A DNA stretch of 64,000 bases from positions 17,918,001-17,982,000 of the forward strand of contig JBHGNT010000003.1 in the NCBI GenBank assembly GCA_043228905.1, written 5' to 3'. Shown piece after piece: positions 11,241-22,991 of the stretch. Position 1 is the first letter of the stretch; each line of letters opens with the position of its first letter. The translations under genes were made by a program, and so were the position numbers. Under the pieces are notes generated by a model, which worked only from the letters and a program-made list of their open reading frames with translations, had not been told where the DNA came from and did no database searches. Source of the DNA: Azolla caroliniana (taxonomy: Eukaryota > Plantae > Polypodiophyta).

Positions 11241-14200
11241 AGATTTTTAAATAAGATCATTGATGGGCAGGGACACAATGGTCACAAAGCTTTTCTTTTC
11301 TTGCAAAAATGTTTTCCAATTAATAAAACAATCAATACTTTGTCTAATACAATGCATGGATTTACCTGTTACTTTGGTGTGGAAAGTCATGCACAAAATA
11401 AAGGGAGCAGGAAGATGTTGGATGCATTGTGCACTTCAGACATGATTGAAAGGGATGACATAATTTCTGGTATGCTTCTTGAATATTCAGATGTGGATAC
11501 AGTCAAAATATTAGAAAATTGCTTGAATGAGAAAGAATGCGACAAGAGATTTGTTCATGTAAATTCTGTTGATATGTACCTTCATATTGCTGATTTTATT
11601 GAAAAAAATGGTTGTATAGCTAATAGTGAAATAGTTGGCAATAGCTATCATGAAATGGCTAAAAAAGCAAGTAAAAATAACTATGCAATAAAAGTTAACA
11701 CTAAATATAAAACAATAGACAAAAAGGTCAAGCCCGTGGACATGCATCTACCTATGGATAGTACTGAAATGAAAAAGAATGTCGCGTTTGAGCGAACATT
11801 GCGGGATTCTAAGGATATTGGTCATAAGTTTACAAATGCTACTCTAGATCAACTAAAAAATGGTCAGAATGATTTTCTTTTGCCTGTTGAGATACAATGT
11901 TTTCGAAATTTGATTGCTTGTCATGGGAAAGCATTTGCATTTGAGTCGAGTGAAATTGGTTGTGTAGACCCAATAGTTGTGGAACTAATGATTATATTTA
12001 TAGTTCCGCATATTCCTTGGAATTTAAGGCCTATCCATGTTCCTCGGGCCCAAATACCGCAAGTAATAGCTTTGCTTAAGGAAAAAATAGAAATGGGTAT
12101 CATGGAGCCATTAGATGCCCCCTACTCAAATAAGTGGTTTATTGTACCTAAAAAGAACGATTCATTAAGGTTCATTTAGGATTTACAGCCTGTCAATAGA
12201 GTTACTATTCGAAACGTCGGTGTTGGACTGATTGTAGATGCCTTTGCAGAAGCTTTCGCAGGAAGAGCTATATATTCTATGTGTGATTTGTATTCAGGAT
12301 ATGATCAATTTTAGCTTGCTATTGATAGTCGTGATATAACTACTATAAGAACACCACTTGGATTGATGCGAATGTGTACATTGCCTCAAGGTGCTACAAA
12401 TTCAATGGCACATATGGTGAATGCTATGAATAAAATTTTAAGAGATTTTGTGCCAAAACTAACTATGCCTTTTCTAGATGATGTTCCAATTAAAGGATGC
12501 TCGATGAATAAGAAGGATGAAAAACTCATGGCGAACGGATGTAGAAAGTTTGTTGTAGACCACATTGATGCTTGTGAAAGAATCCTTTCAAGGTTAGAAG
12601 AGGTTCATCTTACATTTTCAGGTCAAAAATCTATGTTTGGGGTTCCCAAAGTTTTGATTGTAGGGCACATGTGTGGACCCTATGGAAGAAAGCCATCCCC
12701 AATTAAGGTAAATGCAATTCAAAATCTAAAGGATGATTGTAAATCTCTAACAAATGTGCGTAGGTTTTTAGGTGCTTGTGTGTTTTACCGAATTTGGATT
12801 CCACAATTCGCACATGTGGCTAATCCGCTTTATGAGTTGCTTAAGAAGAATTCAAGTTTCCTTCGGACTAATGTACATACAGATGCCATTCTCCAACTAA
12901 AGGAAATGTTCTTGAATGCCCCTGTTTTATGGAAGGCTAGGTATGATAGTGCACACCCCATCATTGTTATTGTGGATACAAGTCCAATCGGGATCGGTTG
13001 GGCTGTTAGCCAAGAAGAGAAGGATGGGTTGAGATACGCAGTTCGATTTGGTGCAAAAATCTTAACAGAACGCCAAAGAGCTTACCCACGGATTAAAAGA
13101 GAGTTATGGGGTATGTGAACAACTATTAAAACAGATCGTGAATACTTAATTGGTGCTGAAGTTGTGGTTGAAACAGATTGTCGTCCATTGCTAGGAATGG
13201 TTTCATGTTGTGAAACATCTGATATAGCTATGCTTATATGGATAGCTTACATAAAATCACTATGTTCTGAAATCAAGCACATTGTAGGAACGGATAACCC
13301 AGATGTCGATATGCTCTCAAGAGTGAGGTTTAAAGATAAAAATACTATGGTAATGACTAATGAAGAAGATGAGAGTTTTGATTTCTTTTTCATAAATTGT
13401 AACTTGAAGGGGTCATGTGATTTGGGTGTTCATGTTATTCTTCGTGAATCTGAGTACGAGGGGAGATGTTACAAATTGGAAAATACTTGAGTACTCATGA
13501 GAAAGATGAAACATGGTGAAGTCATAAAATAAGAAAGAAAACTTATAAATTTTTTCTTCATGAGGGATATCTTTGGAGACATCCAAAAGTTGTGAAAGGG
13601 ATTCCGCAAAGAGTGGTTGGAAGAAGGGAAGAGCAACAAAAACTAATATTTGAATTTCATGATACTTTATGGGCAGGTCATCATGGAGTTTGGGCCACCT
13701 ACTCGAAATTAAAAGAGAAGTTTTGATGGGCTGGAATGTACAATGATGTTGCAGATTATGTACAATCATGTGAGAATTGCCAAATGTATTTGAATATTCG
13801 GCATCGTGATGGGTTGCAACCTACTTATTCTTTATCTCTACATTATAAATGGGTTGTGGATATTGTAATGATGCTTGTGGGGGTTTGGCAAATGAGATAT
13901 CTTGTATTGGCAAGAGAAGATTTGACAAATCAAGTGGAAGGCCGAGCCCTACGCCAAAAAATCACTTCAGCTGTTTGTAAGATCCTTCTTGAAGATGTGA
14001 TATGTAGGTACGGGTGCATTGGAAAGATTGTTGCAGACAGAGGAGAACTAGATTCTAACGAAGCTGAACAATTTTTTTCAAGAATGAGAATTCGAGTGTC
14101 CTTAACTATGGCATATAACCCTGAAGCTAATGGGGAGGCCGAGCGTGGACATAGTCCTATAGTAAAAGCTTTGGTGAAAGCTTGTGATGGCAAGATAGCT

Positions 14201-14807
14201 AACTGGCCTCATTTGTTACCGTATGCACTATGGGCTGACCACACTACTCACAGTTCCATAACTGGCTTTATGCCATTAGAATTGATACTTGGTCAAAAAT
14301 CAATTATGCTAGTAGAGCGATCAGTATTTTCCTGGGTGGCCTTGCCATGGGCAGATGAAATGAGTCGAGAAGATTTGCTTGCTCTTAGAATAAGACAACT
14401 AGAAAGAAGGGATGAAGATGTTCAAATAGCTACAGAAAGGATGAAACAATGTCGACTACGGAACAAAGAAAGATTTGATAAAACCGATCGCCTTCGACCA
14501 AGAAAGCTCCAAGAAGGTGATTGGGTCATAGTTTATGATAGTAGCTTGGATAACCAACATAGTACTTCTCGCAAATTTGCCAAAAGATAGTTCAGGCCCA
14601 TATATCATTAGACAAGTGAATAAAAAGGCAACGTATTTCCTAACTGAAATGGATGGAGTTGCTTTAAAGTTACCAATTGCAGGAAAGCGAATTAAGCTAT
14701 TCAAGAGAAGGGAAGATCAAAGCACTAACTTGCTCAATGAAGATGACATCCATGAAGCTGAAGAAGGAGACATTCGTTGGCGCATGCCAGAGGATGCGGA
14801 GGTCTAG
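11241..14807 (+). pseudogene. Degenerate pol (RT-RNaseH-integrase) of element A
   Basis: ORF pieces 11301-12179, 12363-13118, 13164-13490, 13736-14590 and 14535-14807 are separated by stops or frameshifts. Confidence 0.9.
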
Positions 14808-14817
14808 AGGGGGAGGA

Positions 14818-15460
14818 TGTCGTGACATTTCCATGCCATGATGAGAAAATAACCTCTACCAATTTATATGAGCTTATTCAAATGTTTGTAAAAGGTTACA
14901 TAAAGTGCGAGGCCTCGATGAATAGGAGCGTGTGGGGGTTTAGGTGTCGTGAAGGATTTGCTTCACGATAGAAAAATAAACTAAAATATTGTATTGAATA
15001 AGATTCGAGAGACTTGAACCCACGACCTCACATACCAAACACAAGGCACATACCATTAGGCTAGGACATTTGGTCTTTTAAATTTATATTTTAATGTTTG
15101 TAATTATACCATGTACATTTTCATACATGAAAGCTCGAATGCGTGGGATGTCTATCATGCATCACATGCATTTCATGCATTACATGCATATCTTGTACAT
15201 TCACATGCATCATATGCATGGGGGCACCTATTTAAAGAGGGAAAGGGAAAAGAATGAAGGGGAGAACATGAGACGAGGAATATTATTGTAATATGAGGGA
15301 CAAGCTATATTATTTTACAAGAAATATTTTGTAATCATCTTCAAATATCAATACAAGTTATTTCCATTTCTCCTCTTTCTTTGACAAGAAGCTCGGTGCT
15401 TACTTCCCGAATACACGATTTTCTTTTCGTTTTCTCTCATACGCCGAGATCGACGCGACA
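14818..15460 (+). repeat. 3' LTR of element A
   Basis: Follows PPT AGAGGGGGAGGA, has TG..CA termini and a TATA-like CTATTTAAAG near 15228. The right end is inferred from GCGACA plus the switch to element C sequence. Confidence 0.75.
15001..15070 (-). promoter_or_regulatory. tRNA-like Pol III A/B-box module in LTR of A
   Basis: Minus strand TAGCCTAATGG (15063-15053) ... AGGTC GTGGGTTCAAGTC (B box 15020-15011); T-runs downstream. Confidence 0.75.
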
Positions 15461-16223
15461 CCGGATCTAATCCGTCCCCGTGCTCCTCCGCGTCGCATCT
15501 TCACTGGCGACGTTGGAGATTGTCGGCGGGTTCTTTGTCCACCTCCTCCTCCTAAGTTTCAATGTTAATCTTTTGAGCCAAGGTGGGTGGCTCTCGTGCT
15601 TGCCGACACAGTTTTATTTTTAGGGGCTTCACCGGTAGCTCCGTCGGTGCCTCCTTCTTCGCCTGCTATTTCCGGCTTGGTTTTTCCTTTTCTGCCTGTG
15701 TTGACGGTTCCTATTCCTTTTGCGCCAATCCTCCCTCTGACCATCCGGGAGTGTGCTTGGCGAGGATTTGTTGCCGCTTAGATGGCTTGGTGGGCGTCAC
15801 CGCGGTCCAGAACTTCTTTCCATCCACAATTGATTGGATGGCCGCTCACAATGAATCGGCGGTGATCACCGACCAATCCACTGAAATCCCTTCGTATGTT
15901 GCGATGATGAAACTGGCCCTGTTCTTAGGCATCACCTGAGGGCGAGGGTGTATGAAACTGTATTCATGAAGCACGCGGGCTACTTCTCGAAACAGGGCAT
16001 CTTCGTTGCCCTGTGTCCGGTACGCTTTGCTGGTGAGGGAGTATTCGCCGAAGAACTTTGTCAGCGTCTCTGGGGAAGGATTCTCGATGGAGAAAAGCCC
16101 TCCCTCTGGTAGACCGATGAGGGCTCAGATAGTGTCCTCCGTGATTTCTTCGACTAGCCGGAGGAATTCCTCCAGTCCGTTCTGGGTTAGCCACTTCTTT
16201 GCCGTTTCAGAGAGCACTATTGG
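15461..16223 (-). pseudogene. Degenerate accessory ORF 3' of integrase in element C, PMD/Transposase_32-like
   Basis: Manual translation of one frame with scattered TGA/TAG stops: GLEEFLRL..ITEDTI*ALIGLPEGG..YEGISVDW, followed by a K/E/P-rich tail. Confidence 0.55.
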
Positions 16224-18075
16224 TCAGCCAAAGCTTTTCTGATTCTTTCTCGCTCAACCTCTCCCGGACCTGTATTCATAAACTGGGAATCTGAAACTCC
16301 ATAGGCATTACTGCTTCCAATCCAAAAGCTAACCGGAACAATGTTGTCCAGATACTTGTCTTATATGTTGTTCGGTATGCCCATAGCGCGCTCTGTAGCT
16401 TCGTGTCCCAATCGGTTCGGTTTTCATTGTCAATCTTCCGTAGAATATTTTGAAGTATCTTGTTGGTGGACTCTGCAAATCCATTGGCCTGCGGGTAGTA
16501 TAACGTAATGCGCTTGTGCACCACTGCATAGAATGTCGTTAAGCTCTCCACCACTTGTCCGAGGAAGTGTTCGCCCTGATTGCTAATCAGCTCGATCGGA
16601 CATCCGTAACGGCACCAAATGTGCTCATATAGAAATTTCGTTGTCAATGCCGCAGTATTATCTCTGAGTGCTTTTGGTTCCACCCACTTCGTGCAATAAT
16701 CCGTTGCAACAATAATATACCGGTTACCAGTTCTCATCGCCGGTGGTTTGAATGGCCTGACAAAATCCAATCCCCATTGTTGGAAGGGATCCAACGGTAA
16801 CACCGGCTGATGCGGCATCCTTGCTTTCTCCGTTGGCTGGCCCATTCTTTGGCAGAGGTCGCATTCCCTTGCATACTGGATGGCTTCTTTTAGTGTTGTG
16901 GGCCACCACAATCCGCTTCTCCATATTTTCCTTGCCGTTGCGTCTCCGGCATAGTGGCCTCTTCCCACTCCACAATGAGCTTCTCGTAGGATTGCGTTTT
17001 TTTATTCGCTCCGGACCGCACGTCGTCAAATTCCGTTGGCTCCTTTATGGTATAACAAAAGTGACGGCTTTGTACGACCAACCATTTTCACTCGTCTAGG
17101 TTTAACTCCTTCGGAGGCAGTCCGGAGCTCAGAAAATAATGAATATTCATAAGCCACTTGTCTTCATCAGCCATCGTCTCGTTTGCCGTGTTTTCCGTGG
17201 TTACCCTAAACAGTTGCGCATCCGGAAACTCGTCCCGGACTCCGTTGCTTGCCTCCCCGGATTCTAACCGGCTCAAGTAATCTGCTACTGCATGTTGCAC
17301 TCCCGGTCAGTGGTAGATGTCGAATTCGAACTCCTGTAATAGCAGCGTCCACCGTGCTAGCTTGCCGTTTAAGGGTGACTTGGACACCAAGTAAAGCAAA
17401 GATGAATGATCCACGTGAAAGGAAAATTTTCGTCCCTGAAGGTAGTGGCGGAACGTCCTTACACTGTACACCATCCCCAAGGCTTCTCATTCTATCGTCG
17501 AGTAATTTCGCTCTACCTGCGAGAGCTTCCTACTGCCGTAATAAACCAGTTGGTACCACCGTGGTTGGGTGAGCTACATGAGAACACTACCAATAGCGAT
17601 GTTGGATGCATCCACAAACACATGAAATTCCTTAGTCCAATCCGGAGGTTGTACCATCGATGCCTATGACAACATCATTTTCAGCGTGTGGTATGCCCTG
17701 TCCTCCGGCTTCTTCCATTGGAATGGGATTCGGTGTAAGGCCGTATGTAAGGGTCTCGCAAAATCGGCCAAATACCGAAGTGTTCGGCTATGCCACCGGG
17801 TCTGGCCTAAAAACCGACTTAGTGCTTTGGCATTTATCGGCGGTGATGCTCCCAAAATTGCTTTTACTTTATCCGGATCAACTGCAATGCCATCTTTGCT
17901 CATGATATGTCCTAATAATTTCCCACTCATCATGTCGAACACACATTTCGCCGGATTCAGGCTCAACCGGTACCCCTGACATTTCTCTAAACATAACCCG
18001 AGATGTTCTAGGTGTTCCCCTTTTCGGTTGTATACCGCAAAATCATCTAGGAACACCTTCATAGGCCAGATCTCC
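15461..18075 (-). mobile_element. Fragment of gypsy element C (RT C-terminus, RNase H, integrase, 3' accessory ORF)
   Basis: MKVFLDDF (17664-18077), ADYLSR, integrase GHYAGDATARKI..WGLDFV..YYPQANG (16276-16968). Confidence 0.88.
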
Positions 18076-19480
18076 AAGTCAAAGAGCTAGATATGAATGC
18101 CGATACAAAGCATCTACTTTCCCTTGTTGTTTTCCGGGGCGAAAAGTGATCTTGAAATCGAAACGCGTTAGAAATTGGGCCCACCGAGCTTGTCATCTAT
18201 TTAATAGTTGAGTTGTTTGAAAATATGTGAGATTTTTGTGATCACTATAAATGATAATCTGATGAGGTGATCCTTCTAGAAAATGATGCCATTGCTCGAA
18301 TGAGTCGACCACAACTAGTAACTCCTTGTCATGCACCTCATAGTTTACCTCTGAAATAGTAATTTTTCTTGAGTGAAACGCAATTGGATGAGTCTGCCCG
18401 TCCTCGTCTGGTTGCAATAGGATACTCCCCAATGCGAAGTCTGACACATCCACCTCAAAAGTAAATGGCTTTTCGGGATCAATATGCGCTAGGATAGATG
18501 TTGATGTGAATGCCTCTTTCAGCTTAGTAAAAGCCTTGTCCGTTTCGATACTCCAAAAAAATGCTTGATTTTTCTTGGTGAGTTGGGTGAGGGGAAACAC
18601 AATGCTTGAATAATTACGTATGAATTTGCCATTGAAGTTCACAAATCCAAGGAAACACTAGACGTCCCGAACTGAGCATGGGGGTTCCCATTCCAATATT
18701 GTTTGGACTTTTGCCGGATCCATGAAAATACCCTTGGATGAAATAGTGTATCCCAAAAATTGGACTTGTTTGCAATCAAAACTACATTTCTCAAGTTTGG
18801 CATAAAGACCATACTTTCTTAGGCGTTCAAGTACTTTCCGCACATGTATATCATGCTCCTCTTGTGTTTTAGAGTAAATCAACAGATCATCTAGGTAGAT
18901 GATAAGAAAGATATCCAAGAAATCCTGGAAAATGTCATTTGCCATATGTTGAAATACTGCGGGTGCATTTGTAAGCCCGAAAGGCATGATTGTATACCCG
19001 AAATGACCATACCGAGTATGAAATGTAGTTTGAATGTTGAATAAACACATGTGCAAGATTTTCCTCGATGTATTCTCGAAGAACCTCAAGCTCAGTGGAT
19101 GATAAATTGTAAATCGGACCCCACAGTGGCTCTTTTCCTGGTTGGAGATCAATAGGACAATCGTACGACTGATGCTTTGGAAGAACACTAGCTTTAACTT
19201 TGTCAAAAACATCAGCATAGTCTTGATATTTTTTGGGAATTTGGATGTCTGAATTCCCTTGAGTGGCACTAGAAGGTGTCCCTGATACTACAAATAAGAA
19301 AAGGTCATCATTGCCTCCCACTTGGTGTGTTGCAATGTGATGGCTGAAATTTGATGAAAAGGAGATAGTGCATTGGTAGAACTATATTCTTCAAGAGAAT
19401 AATCCTGAGTTCGATCCTTGGCAATGATATTTTCTACTGAAGGGCACCAAATTTCTCGCTGCCTCCAATCGATTCTAGGG

Positions 19481-19793
19481 TGTTGAGCGGCAAACTCAAC
19501 CGGAGCCGGATCGGCTGAATAAGTGAGATGAATCGGTATGCAAGTGAGCAACCAAGCCGGTAAGCAGTAAGGACCGGTATGCCGGATCCAATCCGTAACC
19601 AGAAGCCTAGTATAGGTTAGACTACTAGGCAGTTATAGTCTCGTAGTTAGTGTCAGATGCTCGTGTGAGCACTGAAGTACACCGTACTTCTAACAGTCCC
19701 GTGTGGACTTGTATAAATAGCGCTGATGAGCGCGTTGTAGAAATATACAGAGAACACAAAGTATTCATATAATTTTGAAATATAGTGTGTCTT

Positions 19794-19831
<38 letters not shown>

Positions 19832-20826
19832 GCGTACTCTCTCTCTCTCTCTCTCTTTGTGTATTGTTCTTTCTAACGCTTCCGCAAACTATCTTTGACA
19901 TGGTATTAGAGCGCCTGGGTTGAGAACCTCTGCTGCAAACATCTACGCCTGTGAAGAAGAAGTGTACACTCAGGAAGAGAAGTGCATGCTATGCGGAGGT
20001 CATCACAATCGTAATGGCCATGATGCGGAGTCGAATGAAGAATTCGACTTCGGTGAACCGACTGAAGAAGCCAAGGGAAGCAAGGAGAAGGCCAAGACCC
20101 GGACGTGGTCCGATGTGGTGAGAGGCCTGAAGCCGAAAATCGAATTGGAGGATACTGATTCGGACAAGAGCTGGAACGAGTCGGAGACAATCGATTCGGA
20201 TCAACAGCCGGATCCGGATGAGTCGGATCAACAAGAGGCCAAGGAGACACGGACGCAGAGGAAGTCGATGCCATCGCAGTGGAACCGACGGATCGGCAAG
20301 CGCCGGAGTTATCGCAGCGAAGAAGCTGAGATGGGCCTATTGAGCAGACATGCCGGAGGTCGAGGCGCGCAAAACCAAAGGGGTCGCGGCAAACGGGACC
20401 GGACCGGACAAGGAGCGCGAGCAAGGCGAAGCGATGCCAGGAGAAGTCGGTTGGAAGAACCGGCTACCACAGAGGTTGATACTACGACCCTACCTCAGGT
20501 TGAGCTTGAGGGGGAGTGTTGAGCTGCAAGCTCAACTGGAGCCGGATCAGCTGAATAAGCGAGATGAATTGGTATGCCGGTGAGCAACCGAGCCGGTAAG
20601 CAGTAAGGACCGGTGAGCTGGGGAGCCGGTATGCCGGATCCAATCCGTAACCAAAAGCCTAGTATAGGTTAGACTACTAGACAGTTATAGTCTCGTAGTT
20701 AGTGTCAGATGCTCGTGTGAGCATTGAAGTACACCGTACTTCTAACAATCCTGTGTGATGAGCGCGTTGTAGAAATATATAGAGAACACAGAGTATTCAT
20801 ATAATTTTGAAATATAGTGTGTCTTG

Positions 20827-20859
<33 letters not shown>

Positions 20860-20926
20860 CCGCGTACTCTCCCTCTCTCTCTATGTGTATTCTTCTTTCT
20901 AACGCTTCTGCAAGCTATCTTTGACA
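19481..20926 (+). mobile_element. Non-autonomous TRIM-like LTR element H
   Basis: LTRs 19481-19900 and 20517-20926, TSD TAGGG (19476-19480, 20927-20931), PBS TGGTATTAGAGC 19901-19912, PPT GAGGGGGAG 20508-20516, 616-bp internal region lacking pol. Confidence 0.93.
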
Positions 20927-22496
20927 TAGGGTTATGTAGCTCGAACCATGGCAAACCGAGGACAATTGGATGCTCAGGACTACGGATTATGTTGAAGGAA
21001 ACTACACATCCTAAATCACCTAAGAGTATGTGTATTGACTCAAACTCTTCGAATATCTTCCCGGAAATTGTGGGACGCCCATCAATCACTACTACGTAAA
21101 CTGGACAAGGAAGTGTATGCAAGGATATTTGGTGTTTTTGGGCAAAATCTCTATCCATGGTGTTTTTGGTCTTGGAATTGAAGTTGACAACTCGGTGTCC
21201 TAACTTGTACTTGGGCTGAGAAGACTCTACTAACATTCTTGGAAGAAATGGAACCCACACTAGGTTGTACATATCTAGGGTTGTCCAACCAAATGGCTAT
21301 TTTGGCTGGACTTATTCGTTTGACTCCTCTTCTAATTGGCTGAGGACTTCAAACTTATTGGACAAGGGTGGATTATTCATAATATTAGATTCACTAACTG
21401 CTTCTAAAATGTTGGACTCATTTTTATTGTCATAGTGAATTTGATTTACTTGACGTCTCGGCCTATGGGAGCAATGAATGGCTATATGTCCTGGACCTCC
21501 GCAATATAAGCACAAACGTTTTCCTCGGCGTTGTTGCTTCTCTTCGTCTGACAATGGTCCTCGTCATTGAGTGATATCGATCTCCATGGGTGTAGGACTA
21601 TCCATTGGGACTAGACTACGTGTTTGCCTTGGAGTTGGAGCAGGGCTATATGTTTGCCTTGGGGATGATTGCGTCGTTACTGATGCATAAGTTGGTATGA
21701 ATCATGATCTTGTTATTTGTTGTTGTTGCTCACATCGACTCTCAAAAAGGCGATTATCACACTGTATTGCTCGACTAATAGCTTCTATAAGTGACATTGG
21801 ATCCTCGAGGAATGTAAGAAGTAAGTCTTTGACATCACTACGAAGGCCTGAATGGAATTGCTCTATTAGGGCTTGTTCATCCCAAGGAATATCACTTGAG
21901 ATGAGACGGAAATTGGCTGCATATGTCGAAGTTGGCTTATCACCTTGACGTAGTGTACGAATCTTGTTGATAGTTGTTCTCACCCCATCAGTATCTCCGA
22001 AACAAGCCTTTAATTCTTTGATAAATTCCTCAAAATTATTCAGTAGAGGAGAATTTGTCTCTAGCAATGGAGCAAACCATGACAACATTATGCCAGTCAA
22101 TAAAGTGCCCACTAACCTGACTCATGATGCATCTGTCGGATAACGTGTGGGATGCATTTGAATCACCAACCATACTTGATTCAAGAAACCTCGGAAATGC
22201 GCCCTTGAATTATCAAATTTAGTTGGGAGGCTGATTTTGGGCTCGTTGATAAGTCCTTGACCTTCTACCCTTTGTTGTGGTAACACTACGATTGTCGACT
22301 CTAACTGTTGAACCCGTCACGTGAACTCTTGTTGTTGCTGCTTCTCTATAGTAACCTTTTGTAGATCCCCAAGTAGACGTTGATTCTCTACTTCAAGAGA
22401 TGCGAACTTGAATTTAAGATTCTCCATTTCTGCAACAAGGGTGAGATATTTTTCTAAGTTAATGGCGGCCATGGTTTCGTGATGGTTACAGAGGAG

Positions 22497-22549
<53 letters not shown>

Positions 22550-22896
22550 ATTTGAATCAAACTGTCAGAACCAAGAATAAAAGATAGAGTGATGGAAGAA
22601 GGATATAAGGGAACACGACAAGAAAGGAACAAAATGCTAAGAGAAGAATGGGTGTATTAAGATAAAGAAAGAAAGAGAATGAATACAAGATATGTAATGA
22701 GAGCTAAAGACTAGCGTTGATTCGAATTGATTTGAGAATACATGTATGCCCTTATTTATAAGTTCCTATAGAATAGCTTAGAGATTTCTATAATGTTCTA
22801 GAATGTTCTAAGTCATTCTAGAACATTCAAGAATGATCTAGAGTTTTTACAGTAATCAATCTAATACAAAAAGTAGCTTTTATCCTCTCATATGAA

Positions 22897-22970
22897 AATA
22901 AGCTATCTTAATGGTTGAGGTTTTCAATTATGGATTACAAGGTTCGATGTTCAAGTCCGGGTGACACCAT
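22897..22970 (+). promoter_or_regulatory. tRNA-like Pol III A/B-box module in LTR of D
   Basis: TATCTTAATGG 22904-22914; GTTCAAGTCC 22949-22958. Confidence 0.65.
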
Positions 22971-22991
22971 AATGGTCATGTGTTCATGACA

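Larger units (their letters stand above)
1..15460 (+). mobile_element. Gypsy element A (non-chromoviral, FLDD-type RT), 5' part outside window, split by elements B and Copia1
   Basis: Protease ALIDHSSEINL (249-851), RT PYSNKWFIVPKK/LPQGATNS/PFLDDVPIKG, RNase H VDTSPIGIGW, integrase 13736-14590, PPT 14806-14817, 3' LTR 14818-15460 (TGTCGT..GCGACA). Removing B and Copia1 restores HFFIQ-NTSSYRVILGEPY, matching copy G. Confidence 0.92.
18076..22991 (-). mobile_element. Tcn1-like element D, 3'-truncated
   Basis: 5' LTR 22563-22991 (TGTCA..TGACA), gag 21312-22472, protease split by the TRIM, RT YLDD and RNase H 18193-19321; integrase and 3' LTR absent. Confidence 0.9.

Noticed and set aside
18065-18069. 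GCCAG as the left TSD of element D
   Set aside because: It matches the right flank (22992-22996), but no LTR end is adjacent and the host here is C rather than F; likely chance.
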